Source: a virus (taxonomy: Duplodnaviria; Heunggongvirae; Uroviricota; Caudoviricetes). From it: DNA of 64,000 bases. The stretch's first letter is position 1. The number at the start of each line of letters is the position of its first letter. The stretch lies in the IMG/VR virus record IMGVR_UViG_3300000976_000008, positions 271,223 through 335,222 of that record, one strand, 5' to 3'. Below are positions 28,401 through 39,008 of this stretch, piece by piece. The notes beneath the pieces were generated by a model. It made no database searches. It was not told the origin of the DNA and was given only the letters and a program-made list of their open reading frames with translations. A program made the position numbers and the translations under genes.

Positions 28401-28551
28401 TGACCAGAGTTGGACTCGCACCAACACCGCTGCCTGTTAGGACAGCCTTCTCTCCCGATCCTCAATCGATCGACTCAATAGACACGCCGAACAAAGTTCG
28501 ACACTTCCGTGAGTCCGTAGATCCAAAACGAGATCCTTAAAGTATCTGGTC
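28401..28551 (-). ncRNA. oversized tRNA-like RNA (151 nt) with a long hairpin replacing the D-loop
   Basis: GACCAGA/TCTGGTC+A acceptor, GTTGG-TGCGAGT-CCAAC T-arm, internal GACTCA/TGAGTC and GTCGAAC/GTTCGGC stems. Confidence 0.65.
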
Positions 28552-28637
28552 GTAAAGTGAGTGACTCTTCAATCTGGAATTCTGCATCCCAATCCAGCTT
28601 CAAGATGAGTCGTCTGGAGGCAAACTGTTACTCACAG

Positions 28638-28752
28638 TCACCCGTAGTGGAATCGAACCACTTTCTGTCAGGTCATAGCATAGGTCTTGGTATCGGGCCG
28701 AAAACCAATCCGCCAGCGTTCCCTTCTTGACTTACCATTAGTCGAACAGGTG
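28638..28752 (-). ncRNA. oversized tRNA-like RNA (115 nt) with expanded anticodon region
   Basis: CACCTGT/ACGGGTG acceptor, GACT-AATGGTA-AGTC D-arm, AGTGG-TTCGATT-CCACT T-arm, about 66 nt between D and T arms. Confidence 0.75.
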
Positions 28753-28786
28753 AAATTTTCGTCTCTGTACCTTAAATACGTTTGAA

Positions 28787-29332
28787 TCATGAAGAAGAAA
28801 CATCAACTGGTCCAACATGTTCAAGGTCCGATCTTTGATACTGTCTTCCAGAGATTGAGATATCGTCCTCCCAACCGAAATCTACTATTCCTAATTCCTC
28901 CATCTTATGGAGATACCTAAGGTCAAATAGAATTACTGCTAGGTCAATCCTATCAAGAATTGTCTGAATTGTTTCCGTGTAACGTTGAGAAGTTAACTCA
29001 TTTTGTTTAATAAGCACACCCCTCTGTAGAAGCAATCTGAAAGTTACTGTTTCATGAATCTTTGCGAACACCCTTTCTATTATACCAGGTTCAGTAATAT
29101 CGTACGACATGTGTGGATGACTAAGAGAAATTCTATCATCCCAGAAATGTACACTAGCTAATGTCTGAGGCATTTTCTCAGGTAAGACGCCTCGTATGGC
29201 GATCGCAAAATCACTCTCCAACTCACGATCAGCATCGTCGGGATCAAGGTCAGAGTTGTCTATAAAGCTTGCGATCGGTGAATAAATCCCTTCGACCACT
29301 TCGAAAATACCAGTCGCGATCTTCTGTATCAA
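28787..29332 (-). CDS. hypothetical protein, family A
   Basis: YDITEPGIIERV. Confidence 0.65.
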   Translation of the reverse strand: MIQKIATGIFEVVEGIYSPIASFIDNSDLDPDDADRELESDFAIAIRGVLPEKMPQTLASVHFWDDRISLSHPHMSYDITEPGIIERVFAKIHETVTFRLLLQRGVLIKQNELTSQRYTETIQTILDRIDLAVILFDLRYLHKMEELGIVDFGWEDDISISGRQYQRSDLEHVGPVDVSSS

Positions 29333-29723
29333 ATTCTACCTCTCGATAGCAATCCCAATAACACATCCACGTAGTTAGGTAATGCGATATCTGACGATAA
29401 GCGTTCTTGGGAAATTCTGGGTCAGAGTACAGGAATTTATCAGCTTCCGGTTGAAGCCCACCCGGTTGCAAACGATCCGGATGTAAGAATCTGACTCTTA
29501 CAAATTCTCGATGGTAAGTGTTTATCTCTATGCAACGAGAAACATGATCATCATGCTGATGGTCTGTTGGTCCAGCAATGAAAAACAGACCATACTTTAT
29601 GTTCCTAGAGCCGATGAAATTCAACCTGAAGCCGTTTGAAAGATGTAAATCCTCATATGTGTCGAATCCTTCGAGAAGTATAGCAGTCGCTAATTCTCTG
29701 ATTTCATAATCATTGGTCTTCAA
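29250..29723 (-). CDS. hypothetical protein, family A
   Basis: FLYSDPEFPK. Confidence 0.65.
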   Translation of the reverse strand: MKTNDYEIRELATAILLEGFDTYEDLHLSNGFRLNFIGSRNIKYGLFFIAGPTDHQHDDHVSRCIEINTYHREFVRVRFLHPDRLQPGGLQPEADKFLYSDPEFPKNAYRQISHYLTTWMCYWDCYREVEFDTEDRDWYFRSGRRDLFTDRKLYRQL

Positions 29724-29732
29724 GATTCACAC

Positions 29733-30338
29733 TCATGAAAGTTTCCGACCGATCGCCTCTTCGACCTTCTTCGTCAATCCACTGAGTGGGTGAGACGAGC
29801 CGACGATCATTTCTGAACTGAGTCGTTTCGAGTCTCGCACGTCGTAAGTTCGATCGAACGTGAATACAAACTTGAATCGATCTCGATTGTCGTGTTCTTT
29901 TCGGGTCTCGAATTCGACGACAATACCAGGGTTACACTCTGGTGAGAGAAGGCGATCTTCAGTCACGCTTTTGATCTCGAAGATTTCCCCGTCGCCATCA
30001 AGTTCAATCCACTCGAAACTGTGGCACTTGTTCTGACTTCCAACGATGGCTGCTTCGATGCACATTTGCTCGAAGATAGATTGGGTAATCTTCCTACCCT
30101 TATCGTCGTTTTCAGAATATCCCTTCCGTCGCTTCTCGCGGAATTTCGTGTCAATGAAGCGAGAAGCGGAATAGACGTCAGAGTGCGAATGTTCTTTCGA
30201 CTGTCCCTTAGTCCCAAGTCTGCCCCACCGGACGACGACTTTCTTTTTCTTTTCATCCCACCAAGCGGCCCAAAATTTGTTGTGGGTGCCCGATTGTTGG
30301 ACAACGATTTTTTCTTCTTTGTATCGATCTTGCCACAT
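29733..30338 (-). CDS. WGR domain protein
   Basis: NKFW...VRWGRLGTKGQ...EKRRKGY. Confidence 0.9.
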   Translation of the reverse strand: MWQDRYKEEKIVVQQSGTHNKFWAAWWDEKKKKVVVRWGRLGTKGQSKEHSHSDVYSASRFIDTKFREKRRKGYSENDDKGRKITQSIFEQMCIEAAIVGSQNKCHSFEWIELDGDGEIFEIKSVTEDRLLSPECNPGIVVEFETRKEHDNRDRFKFVFTFDRTYDVRDSKRLSSEMIVGSSHPLSGLTKKVEEAIGRKLS

Positions 30339-30396
30339 GGCGTTCTCCAGGATTGAAATCTACTATATTATTGCAACAGGAGGATTGTCGTTAATA

Positions 30397-31032
30397 TCAG
30401 ACTTTGAAATTCGGATCTGCAGCAACATCAGGTATTTTGTTATTTTTCAAAGCTTCATGAAGCATGAATCTATTAGATATTACTTCATCCTCATGGATGG
30501 CTTTAAATTCTTTATACCATTGTAGAACTCTGGGATCTTTTACTTCATTCTCAATCGTAAAAGAAGGACATGAATTCTTATGGCGAATAGCACGAAGAAG
30601 AAACATTTTTCGATTTTTGACGAGATCTGTATAACGTGTATCATTGCCAGGCATTGCCTGCATTTTGCTATATAAATCCCTAAAGAGACCTACTTTTTCA
30701 CAGATAAACCAGTAACGACCTGGACTCGATTCGACACCAATCCATTTGATACCATCTGCTCTTAATGCAGAAGCTGTGGCAATCATTTCATTCTGACCAT
30801 CGCAATCCAGAACGAGTATGTGTTGTCTCTTCTCGAAAAATCTCGTGAACCACCATCTGCCTGTTTTAGGCAATCGAGTAGAAACAAGTGCTGCAAATTT
30901 CTTATTGAAGATATCACCATCTTTGATGGCGACACTGATGCGATTTCTAAACTTCTCCAGAGTTTTCTTCTTCATTTCAACCGTATTGCCATATGGTCCG
31001 CTGTATTCCATCACAGTGTAATATTCAATCAT
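30397..31032 (-). CDS. possible AEP/primase-like fold protein
   Basis: ILVLDCD and ESSPGRYW resemble AEP motifs I and II (His replaced). Confidence 0.35.
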   Translation of the reverse strand: MIEYYTVMEYSGPYGNTVEMKKKTLEKFRNRISVAIKDGDIFNKKFAALVSTRLPKTGRWWFTRFFEKRQHILVLDCDGQNEMIATASALRADGIKWIGVESSPGRYWFICEKVGLFRDLYSKMQAMPGNDTRYTDLVKNRKMFLLRAIRHKNSCPSFTIENEVKDPRVLQWYKEFKAIHEDEVISNRFMLHEALKNNKIPDVAADPNFKV

Positions 31033-31508
31033 AATGTTTCAAGCAACCATCTTTTAGCTAAAGTGTCAACCCATCCCATCAATACATCGAAAGAATTTGG
31101 ATTAGATAGTTCATAGTTCATTGTTGCTTTGGGCCATTGTTCACATTTGAAAGCTTGTGAGCGAGTTCTCCAATCGATCATCAAGTTCTCAACATTCCTG
31201 CCTGCATGGATCTCCGCAAAATCTGGAATTTTGGCCACTCCAAATCCTGCTTTGAATTCCAGTTCATTGATCTCTCGATCTAAACGAAGCGGATCAACAG
31301 AAAATGTGATAACACGGCGATTTATCTGCGTCTCTATGATTTTCGAGTAATTCTCATATTCTCTAATTGCGAAGACCATATCACAATCAGAGAATGGGAG
31401 TGACACCCTACGAGACGTAGCAGCGATCTCAGGAACAAGATTTAACTGTTCCGCTATTTCAACATAAATCGCCAAAGCTATGTCAGTGGAAGCAACGCTA
31501 TGCTTCAT
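31029..31508 (-). CDS. hypothetical protein, family A
   Basis: YELSNPNSFDVL. Confidence 0.65.
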   Translation of the reverse strand: MKHSVASTDIALAIYVEIAEQLNLVPEIAATSRRVSLPFSDCDMVFAIREYENYSKIIETQINRRVITFSVDPLRLDREINELEFKAGFGVAKIPDFAEIHAGRNVENLMIDWRTRSQAFKCEQWPKATMNYELSNPNSFDVLMGWVDTLAKRWLLETL

Positions 31509-32442
31509 CGAAAATTGCCATTGCTTCAGTTAGGATCTCGTCACTGACTGGATCAACGTAGACCGCAATCGGATTTTCACGATTGGCATCGAATCGCATA
31601 GTCATGACTTCCCGATCTCCGACCTTTTCGATCTGCCATGATTCAGGCAGTGGCGCACGAGACTCTTCATCTTCGCTGTCAAAGTCCGTGATCGAAATCT
31701 CGCAATCCGGGTCAGAAGAGAACTCGAAATCACCAACTAGTGCTTCCAAACCTGAACCTTCAGACACCAAAGCCATTCTGTCGAAGAAATCCTGAGCAAG
31801 TGGTTTGCTAGTTTCATATTCCGAGTCTTCTTGCTTTTCTGCGAAAACAGACACACTGTGATCAACGTCGTCAGTGTTTCGTTCGTTAGCTTCGGCTTCC
31901 TTCACTCGATTCACGACGTCGTTGATAAGTGAGCCAAGAACATTGCGGTGAACGATCTCCGGTGGCTCGTCTTCGAAGTTATTCGAGATCAATTTGGTAA
32001 TATCTTCTGGGCCTTTCACCAAGTAAGCAGGTGCGGATTTGAAGAGAAGTCCGACGATCTGGACAAGTTCATCCGTTCGATGGATCATCTGCGAAGGAAG
32101 TGAACACGGTTTCGTCGTGATGTTCTTATAAGCCGTAGCAAGCCGAGTCAAGACAGAGACTGCTGGGTCTTCCATCGGAATGAGAGTGAAGACAGCACCG
32201 CCTGCGATTTGATCAAAGTTCATTCGATCTTGGTTGATGAACTTCGGATCACCGAGCATTGACTCGTCTTCAAGTTCGATGACCGCAATTGAATCGCCAA
32301 CGTTTACATGGTATAGTTGGAATCGTTGACGGATCACTTCTGGAGCTTCGGGTTCGGTGGCATCTACAGTCTGCATCATTGACTCGCTTTCATTAGTTTT
32401 CTTTGCCATTGCCTTTTTAGCCGTGGCTGGTTCTTTTCCCAT
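31498..32442 (-). CDS. acidic hypothetical protein
   Basis: 314 aa ORF. Confidence 0.75.
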   Translation of the reverse strand: MGKEPATAKKAMAKKTNESESMMQTVDATEPEAPEVIRQRFQLYHVNVGDSIAVIELEDESMLGDPKFINQDRMNFDQIAGGAVFTLIPMEDPAVSVLTRLATAYKNITTKPCSLPSQMIHRTDELVQIVGLLFKSAPAYLVKGPEDITKLISNNFEDEPPEIVHRNVLGSLINDVVNRVKEAEANERNTDDVDHSVSVFAEKQEDSEYETSKPLAQDFFDRMALVSEGSGLEALVGDFEFSSDPDCEISITDFDSEDEESRAPLPESWQIEKVGDREVMTMRFDANRENPIAVYVDPVSDEILTEAMAIFDEA

Positions 32443-33608
32443 TGTTCTTTTGCAAACTCAATTAGGTTCGTTTCATCTGCATCTTCTTTCAAGTAAACAG
32501 AATGTCGCTGCACAAATATCCTCCTACGAACCGTGGAGATTATCTTGTCAACGAAATATTCAGCAAGCTGAATACAATCGGGTAATTCGTATAAGAAGTC
32601 AACAGTATCAAGTCGAATCACAGGCATGGCGTGGACATTCGATGATAACGTTGCTTTGGCCTTAGCACCACGTTTCCGATGCTTATCCAAAGGAATATTA
32701 TGTCGGATTGGTGGAGTATATTGTTCAAGTGGCATAGCACACTTGATCGTTAAACGATCATTGCGAATCAACAAGTACAAAAATGGAATATTCCCAATAC
32801 CAGCAACCATCCCAGGATTGTGATTGTCTGCGTCGAAAGAGTTAATACGAAGATTGCTGATAGTGGTGATTAAACCTCTATGTCGTTTCTCAAAGCGACC
32901 TTCAAAATGGTTCGCCAACGCTACGACTAGATCAGAATCTCTATCGTGTTGTTCGTATCCGTACTTTTTCATCACTTCATGAAGAAGGCACGTGGATTCG
33001 GAAGTTCGCCATTGACACCAATTCGTTTTCTCTTCATTTCCAATTCGGCGTCTCGCCATTGAGCGATGGAGTGCTGAATATTTGGAAGAGTCTCGCAGAC
33101 GTTCGTGAGTCGTTTGATACTAAGAGGAACAATCAGACCCATTTGTTGGGTCATGTGTGTGGCGAGATCTTCGATCGCCTGTTTCTTGGCTTCGTCAGAC
33201 ATACACAACCAAACAGGGGAACCATCTTGATGCACCATCAAGTAATCAACGGCTACTCTGTTAATTGGGGTGAATTCGAGAAGTTCCTCTGACGTAAAAG
33301 TGACATCTTCAAATTGGGTTTCGGTGTCGCTCATTTTCCCTCTTCCACGATCTCTTGTAGGATTCGGCTCTTGCCCTTCCAAGCTCCGATTTTGATTGAT
33401 TTACAGCGATTATCGTGCACTGCGACGATATCGACCAAGGGCACTGTATCAACTCTCGAATGGTGACCTTGCAACCATACGACACCGGCTTTCTGGTTCT
33501 TCTTGTCGTAGGTTACAACGTTCCCAAATTCGTATTCCCATTTCAAACTCGTTCTAGCCAAATGCCTAGCCGTGCGTTGTTTGAAGATGACTTTGTGACC
33601 TTTTCTGA

Positions 33609-34160
33609 TCATCGTTTCTTCTTTTTCTTAGGTTTCTTTTTCGCCTTCGGCTTCTTTTTAGGCTTGGCCTTCTGAGTTTTGGCCCTCAATTTCGTTCGTT
33701 CTTTTTCCAATCGAACGATTTTGGCCTTCAATTCAGATGTTGATGTAACTTCTTCAACGTCTTCAATGATCACCAATTTCGCAGAACCATGGCGAACTGG
33801 TTCTCCATAGATAACATCGCTATTCTTGAAGACAACATCCACATGTTCGCAAATGTAGAGGTAATCTTTCTCGGTGTGCTGAACGACAACAGCGTCAACA
33901 GGAACGCAGTTGGCAATTCCCCAACATCGCTGCCACCATGGAGATCCAGGTGCAACGCCCTTGTTGGCCATCACCAAATCATCACCATCTGCCGCAACAA
34001 TCAAAAAATCGCAGTGGGCACGACAACGTAGAAAAGTGTTCAGATGGAAGAAGTGCTGCAGATCCCAGCAGCCAGAAGTGAATCCGACAACAATGTCGGG
34101 ATTCGAAGCTTTTAGTTGTGCAACCAGCTTTTCAACTTCTTTGAGTCGTGTAAGAATCAT
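33609..34160 (-). CDS. cytidylyltransferase-like protein (RfaE/TagD fold)
   Basis: VGFTSGCWDLQHFFH...CDFLIVA...VDAV...STS. Confidence 0.8.
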   Translation of the reverse strand: MILTRLKEVEKLVAQLKASNPDIVVGFTSGCWDLQHFFHLNTFLRCRAHCDFLIVAADGDDLVMANKGVAPGSPWWQRCWGIANCVPVDAVVVQHTEKDYLYICEHVDVVFKNSDVIYGEPVRHGSAKLVIIEDVEEVTSTSELKAKIVRLEKERTKLRAKTQKAKPKKKPKAKKKPKKKKKR

Positions 34161-34579
34161 TCTTCGACTTTCTTGCAGTTCATTTCGTTGACGTCAACCA
34201 GCTTGGCCCAAAAACGGGCACCTTTCAGCTTTTGGACTTTTTCCGGGAGTCGGACACCGTTATCAAAATCGGTTCTACTAAGAACCTTCTTCGCCGCTCG
34301 CTTACCATCCTTCGGTGCCGAGACAATTGTGAATGTGATGCTGTCCCACTCGCTTTTTCCTTGGCGGATGTAGATCCTAGCCACTTTCAGGATCGTTCCC
34401 TTCTCCAAGAAACAAAGGGCCGATTGACTCTGTACCTCAGGACTCCACCAGGAGCCAGGTTGGAAATTCGGTTTGAGACGTTGAATGAGTTTACTGTTTC
34501 GATTCTCAAAGTAAACCGGAAACTCCCAACCCCTAGTAAGTTCAATGGAATCGCCAATTGACGGGATGAACATCTTCAT
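34157..34579 (-). CDS. conserved phage hypothetical protein
   Basis: MFIPSIGD...GTILKVARIYIRQG...DSITF...RFWAKL. Confidence 0.7.
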   Translation of the reverse strand: MKMFIPSIGDSIELTRGWEFPVYFENRNSKLIQRLKPNFQPGSWWSPEVQSQSALCFLEKGTILKVARIYIRQGKSEWDSITFTIVSAPKDGKRAAKKVLSRTDFDNGVRLPEKVQKLKGARFWAKLVDVNEMNCKKVEE

Positions 34580-35043
34580 AATGCACTCACAAATTTTTCG
34601 ATTGCTTCGGTCAATTTACCAAAAGAATAATCGTTCAGGATGAAAGGGGAATTTGCTAAATCTCTGGAAGCGACATAGAAACTTTCGCCATCAGTCAAAA
34701 TCGCGTCAGAATCTATCTTGCCACTCTTGATTCTCCAAGGATATACGACTTTGATGTAGAACCAGCAGTCGACATCTGGGACCACGATATTATCTGACAT
34801 TACCTCACATTCGATGAATTTGCGAGATATAGCGGCTGTTTTCACAGCCAAGGAGACGAGTTTGACATCTATCGGATCATCGCGAGGATCATTATCATTG
34901 CTGTCAGGACCAAGTAATCCACCCCATTGCTCGTGTTCCCAGATTTTTACTCTTGTTTTTGAAAGAGGTTTAATGTCACGAGCACCACCGGGTACCCGTT
35001 TGACAGCTTTCTTTTTGACGGTAATTATCTTATTGACTGCCAT
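34576..35043 (-). CDS. hypothetical protein, family B
   Basis: VPDVDCWFYI...ILTDGESF. Confidence 0.65.
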   Translation of the reverse strand: MAVNKIITVKKKAVKRVPGGARDIKPLSKTRVKIWEHEQWGGLLGPDSNDNDPRDDPIDVKLVSLAVKTAAISRKFIECEVMSDNIVVPDVDCWFYIKVVYPWRIKSGKIDSDAILTDGESFYVASRDLANSPFILNDYSFGKLTEAIEKFVSAL

Positions 35044-35133
35044 GATTGCCTTTTACAACCTTTTTATTGGCTGTTAAATCAAGATAGATTATTCTTCTAT
35101 CAAATATAAAATCAAACCACGAAGGGGAATCCG

Positions 35134-35382
35134 ATGGCATCTGTTCACATTGTGAATATTCAATTGACGAATGTAGCACCAAACGGTGATATAGTGAACA
35201 AAAATACAGCGTCAGTTGGTCAAATGCTCCATACAAGTACCGAGCATCGAATTGTAGAAGATTCAGCAATTCCAAACACCGCAGGAAATCCAACAATCAA
35301 GGAATTCCTAGAATTGGAAGCTGGGGACGACTTCATTCTGAATCATATTGACCAGACGAAGATTATCACCTACGGACCATAG
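35134..35382 (+). CDS. probable late/virion small protein
   Basis: CAAATATA upstream, AAGGGG SD. Confidence 0.65.
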   Translation: MASVHIVNIQLTNVAPNGDIVNKNTASVGQMLHTSTEHRIVEDSAIPNTAGNPTIKEFLELEAGDDFILNHIDQTKIITYGP

Positions 35383-35466
35383 TATACAGGCAGAGCCAGA
35401 CTTTCATCTGGCTCCACCAACTCCCTATCTCGACCTGTCAAATACATCTAAACAGGCTTGATATTC

Positions 35467-35940
35467 CTAGTATTCGTCGATGTACCCACCTTCGACTAAT
35501 TCATGGTCTTGAATCGCTTCTTCAACCTCTTCGTAAGTTGCCATAATCTTTTGGGCAATCTTTTTAAGAAGAGGTTTTGGAACTTCTCCAGTTGTGAAAC
35601 CAGTCTTTCGACTCCAACTGACGAGTAATTCCTCATTATCATAGATCTCAAAATCCATAATAGTAGGATCATTGATAATCACGCTGAATTCTTCTGGTTC
35701 AGCAGGACTCATCCGAGTAGCTGGAGAGCCAGCACCCATACTACTAATCTCTGGTACATATCCAATTGTTGCAGATCCCCAAAGCATCTGGCCATTGATA
35801 TCGAATTGGATTTCTTCGAGAGTCCAGCAGCCAGGCCCACAACTATAACCAGGGCTTAGATTAGTCTTTTTCTCTGCCACTTGGTCAATTTCTTCAGCGA
35901 TTATTGAAGCTAATTTGTAGATATGGTTGTCTTCATTCAT
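35467..35940 (-). CDS. acidic hypothetical protein, probable late gene
   Basis: CAAATATA and AAGGAG upstream. Confidence 0.7.
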   Translation of the reverse strand: MNEDNHIYKLASIIAEEIDQVAEKKTNLSPGYSCGPGCWTLEEIQFDINGQMLWGSATIGYVPEISSMGAGSPATRMSPAEPEEFSVIINDPTIMDFEIYDNEELLVSWSRKTGFTTGEVPKPLLKKIAQKIMATYEEVEEAIQDHELVEGGYIDEY

Positions 35941-36028
35941 GATAATTTCTCCTTGGATATATTTGCTAGAAAATATACTGCATCAGGGGACTGCAGAAAT
36001 ACCCATGATGAAGAACTGGTTCGTCCAA

Positions 36029-36826
36029 CTACTTTTTAAATGATTGAATCTGATTTTTCGGAGGTATGGCAAGGGGTCTCAGATTGAGACCCCCTAACCG
36101 CTGAATAGATAGATCACAACCAATGTCTGTGCCATAGCAGGACTTATCTTCTTCCACTGATTGTGACCGGCCATTAGGTGGTCCACGACATTTGATATGC
36201 GGCACCGACCAATCTTGCATTTCTCTCGCCACAAAACGCGAGACTGGTGCAATGTTTCCATACGCGAAAACAGGGCCTTTGTTGAATTCGAGGTCTAAAT
36301 CAAGACCATAAATGATGTCTTCAATGCAATAACCTGCAATAAGCCAATCTAAGGCTTTTGCAAGTTTGTCGAAAAGCTCTGGATCGTCATACCGAAGAAT
36401 ATAGCCCTCAAGAGAAACAGTGATATCATCGAAAGATAACATCACCTTTCTCTTTATATCAGGTCTTCCGTGACTTTTTGGAACGGAGACATCGGGGCAT
36501 TTGTATCGGAGAAGGATCTGTGTCTCATTGGGACCGTAATCCGCAATTCTTGGCCATGACATTAAAGAAGCATGACTATATTTAGCTTCTCGCTTCCTAC
36601 CTTTCTCAGTTATTACCTGAGGGTATGTCTCATTTATCCAGGTTCTTATAGCACCAAGAAATTCGATAGGAACTATTTCTTTTTGATAAGACTGAACTTG
36701 GTTGGAGAAGTTGGAGATTGTTTTGGCTGTAGATCGAAAACTGGCAGCGATTTGGTTGATACTTTTGGTGGCTGCTTCAATGCTGGGGGAAGCGATGTAC
36801 CAAGTTTTTGAGGATTTTTTAGCCAT
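36029..36826 (-). CDS. hypothetical protein, family A domain
   Basis: LRYDDPELFDKL. Confidence 0.7.
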   Translation of the reverse strand: MAKKSSKTWYIASPSIEAATKSINQIAASFRSTAKTISNFSNQVQSYQKEIVPIEFLGAIRTWINETYPQVITEKGRKREAKYSHASLMSWPRIADYGPNETQILLRYKCPDVSVPKSHGRPDIKRKVMLSFDDITVSLEGYILRYDDPELFDKLAKALDWLIAGYCIEDIIYGLDLDLEFNKGPVFAYGNIAPVSRFVAREMQDWSVPHIKCRGPPNGRSQSVEEDKSCYGTDIGCDLSIQRLGGLNLRPLAIPPKNQIQSFKK

Positions 36827-37263
36827 TTTCTAGGCTTTCCATATAAAGCCACCCAATACTGAGTACCATCTTTTGCGATGGCATACCCCATCCCTACATC
36901 CGTGTTTTCCTTTTCCGTCAAAGCCTTCCAGTGTTTGGGGCTATTCTGCCAAGCTTTAAAGACATCTGGTATCGTCTTATACGCTCTACCAATATTCTCA
37001 ATCACTATTCCATCATACTTATATTTCGCAGCCCTCTTGCCGGGTGAAGTATTCGCATAATGTGAGAAATTATGTGTCTTGGCCATGAAAACTGCATGAT
37101 TTTGTGCAGCTTTGGTCAGTTTCGGAGAGAGACTCTGAACCGGAAGTTTCGACTGCTTCCTCAATTCGTTATTCGCTTTAAGCATTTTGATGAGTGTGGG
37201 ATGCTCATGCAACGGTTTCGTTTGGAAACTAGTAGCTGCTAAGATTAGGAGGAGACTTTTCAT
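36673..37263 (-). CDS. CAP/SCP domain secreted protein
   Basis: NELR...LTKAAQNHA.FM...FSH...ENIG...WQNSPKH...VGMG...YWV. Confidence 0.9.
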   Translation of the reverse strand: MKSLLLILAATSFQTKPLHEHPTLIKMLKANNELRKQSKLPVQSLSPKLTKAAQNHAVFMAKTHNFSHYANTSPGKRAAKYKYDGIVIENIGRAYKTIPDVFKAWQNSPKHWKALTEKENTDVGMGYAIAKDGTQYWVALYGKPRKWLKNPQKLGTSLPPALKQPPKVSTKSLPVFDLQPKQSPTSPTKFSLIKKK

Positions 37264-37521
37264 TCGTCATCATCTTCTTCTGTTTTTGTTGCTATAACTG
37301 CTGTTATATACAGAGCCAATTTTGATTGGTCTGGGAAAGAGTGCCAAACAGCAATTAATTCTTCATCTATTGCACTTTTCCACCCAGTTCTATCCTGGAA
37401 GTTTGGCTCGTGCATTAGGTTTATTATCTCGACTGAAAATGCTCTATCATATTGCCGACCAGTAACATCAGCAGCTCTAGAGATCAGTCGTTTTTTGACA
37501 AGTGCTTGATCCATGCCCTAT

Positions 37522-37824
37522 CTACTTAGGTCGTTTACTCTTGCTACTACGACGATGTAGTTCTTCAATGGGCAACAAAGATTCTTCTTCAACACCACGT
37601 TTGTGATTGCAAAGACGGCAAGCCAGAACAACTCTTCTGCCAGAAGATTTTCCTCTTTGGTTAGAGAGTCTGCTATCTAAATGCTCAAGAGTAGCTTCAT
37701 CATCGAAGAATTCTTTTCTATTGCCAGTTTTTTCTACTAAAATCATCTGACAATCACACCAATAGCATTTCCCGTCTTGAGATGCAAATAATCTTTTGCG
37801 TTTTTTCTGGTTCCTACTACCCAC
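37522..37824 (-). CDS. HNH endonuclease
   Basis: QDGKCYWC...ATLEH...VLACRLCNHKRG. Confidence 0.85.
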   Translation of the reverse strand: MGSRNQKKRKRLFASQDGKCYWCDCQMILVEKTGNRKEFFDDEATLEHLDSRLSNQRGKSSGRRVVLACRLCNHKRGVEEESLLPIEELHRRSSKSKRPK

Positions 37825-38591
37825 TTAACGCCTCTGTCTTGGGTCTTCTTCCTCCTGTTGCTGTTGTTGGTAGAAAACTCTCTTCTTATGAGTTCGCAGT
37901 TCTCTGCTTTTGGCTGGATTCTGGAGAGCCTTGCCGAAAGCGACTATCTCACGTTCAACGCCACCATCAATGTCCTCAATGAAGTCAGAAATGAGCTTAC
38001 CCATCTCAGCATTCATCTGAACAGTGAAAACACCTTGAAAAGGCTCTACAACGTTAAACTTCGGTACCTTTGGTTGCATTTCAATCCCTATATGGGGCAG
38101 CTACTAGTAAATAAAAGAGTCATGGACTCAAACAGTGATTCGTAGACCAAAAATCGCATTGGTCGAATATTGAGATCTATAATTTATGAGATCTATTTAG
38201 ACGTGAACTTATCCTGCTGAGTTCTATAGAAAATTTGACTGACCACAATGTGGCTCAAAAATTCCCAATTCTAAATACATACCTCATAAATCGAAAATAC
38301 CACTAGTGATTCTAATGTGATTGAGAATACCATGACAAATGAATTCCTAGACGATCTCGCAAAACGAAGAGGACTTCGAAGCGGTGGTAACAACAATACA
38401 GCATGGTTTCTAGAACTTGACGGAGCAACTGTGATTGAACCAACAGCCTTCGAACCAGACGCAACAACACATCGTGGTGAATATTACTACCATGCTATTG
38501 AAAACGTCTTATACAAAAAAGTAATCACCAGAAAAGAGCCAGGAATCACAAACGCATACTGGAAACGAGTCAGCCAGTAACAGGAATAATT

Positions 38592-39008
38592 ATGGCAGTC
38601 AAAATTTCAACCCAAGCAAGAAACGATGCTGGTAATTCTATCATCAGTCTCATAGATATAGGCACACTCAATCCAAATGGCGTACTGGAAATAAGATCCG
38701 GCCCAACCCCCGCCACACCAGAAACAGCAGCAACTGGAACTCTTCTAGCAACTCTAGAATTATCAAATCCAGCATTCAGCAGTTTCAACAATGGCCGAAC
38801 TTCCGCAAACACAATTGTAGATGACATGGACTTACAGGCAACCGGAATTGCCGGATGGTTTAGAATCTACGATCGCGATAACAACGGAATCATAGACGGA
38901 GAAATCAGTGAAACAGGCGGTGGAGGAGATATCGAGTTCGATAATATCGACTTCATCAAAGGTGGAACCGTCTCAATAACAAACCTACAAGCAATAATAC
39001 CCCAATGA
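38592..39008 (+). CDS. virion structural protein (tail/head-associated)
   Basis: LEIRSG.PATPE.AATGTLLA...ATG.AGWFRI family commonly seen in phage structural regions. Confidence 0.65.
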   Translation: MAVKISTQARNDAGNSIISLIDIGTLNPNGVLEIRSGPTPATPETAATGTLLATLELSNPAFSSFNNGRTSANTIVDDMDLQATGIAGWFRIYDRDNNGIIDGEISETGGGGDIEFDNIDFIKGGTVSITNLQAIIPQ

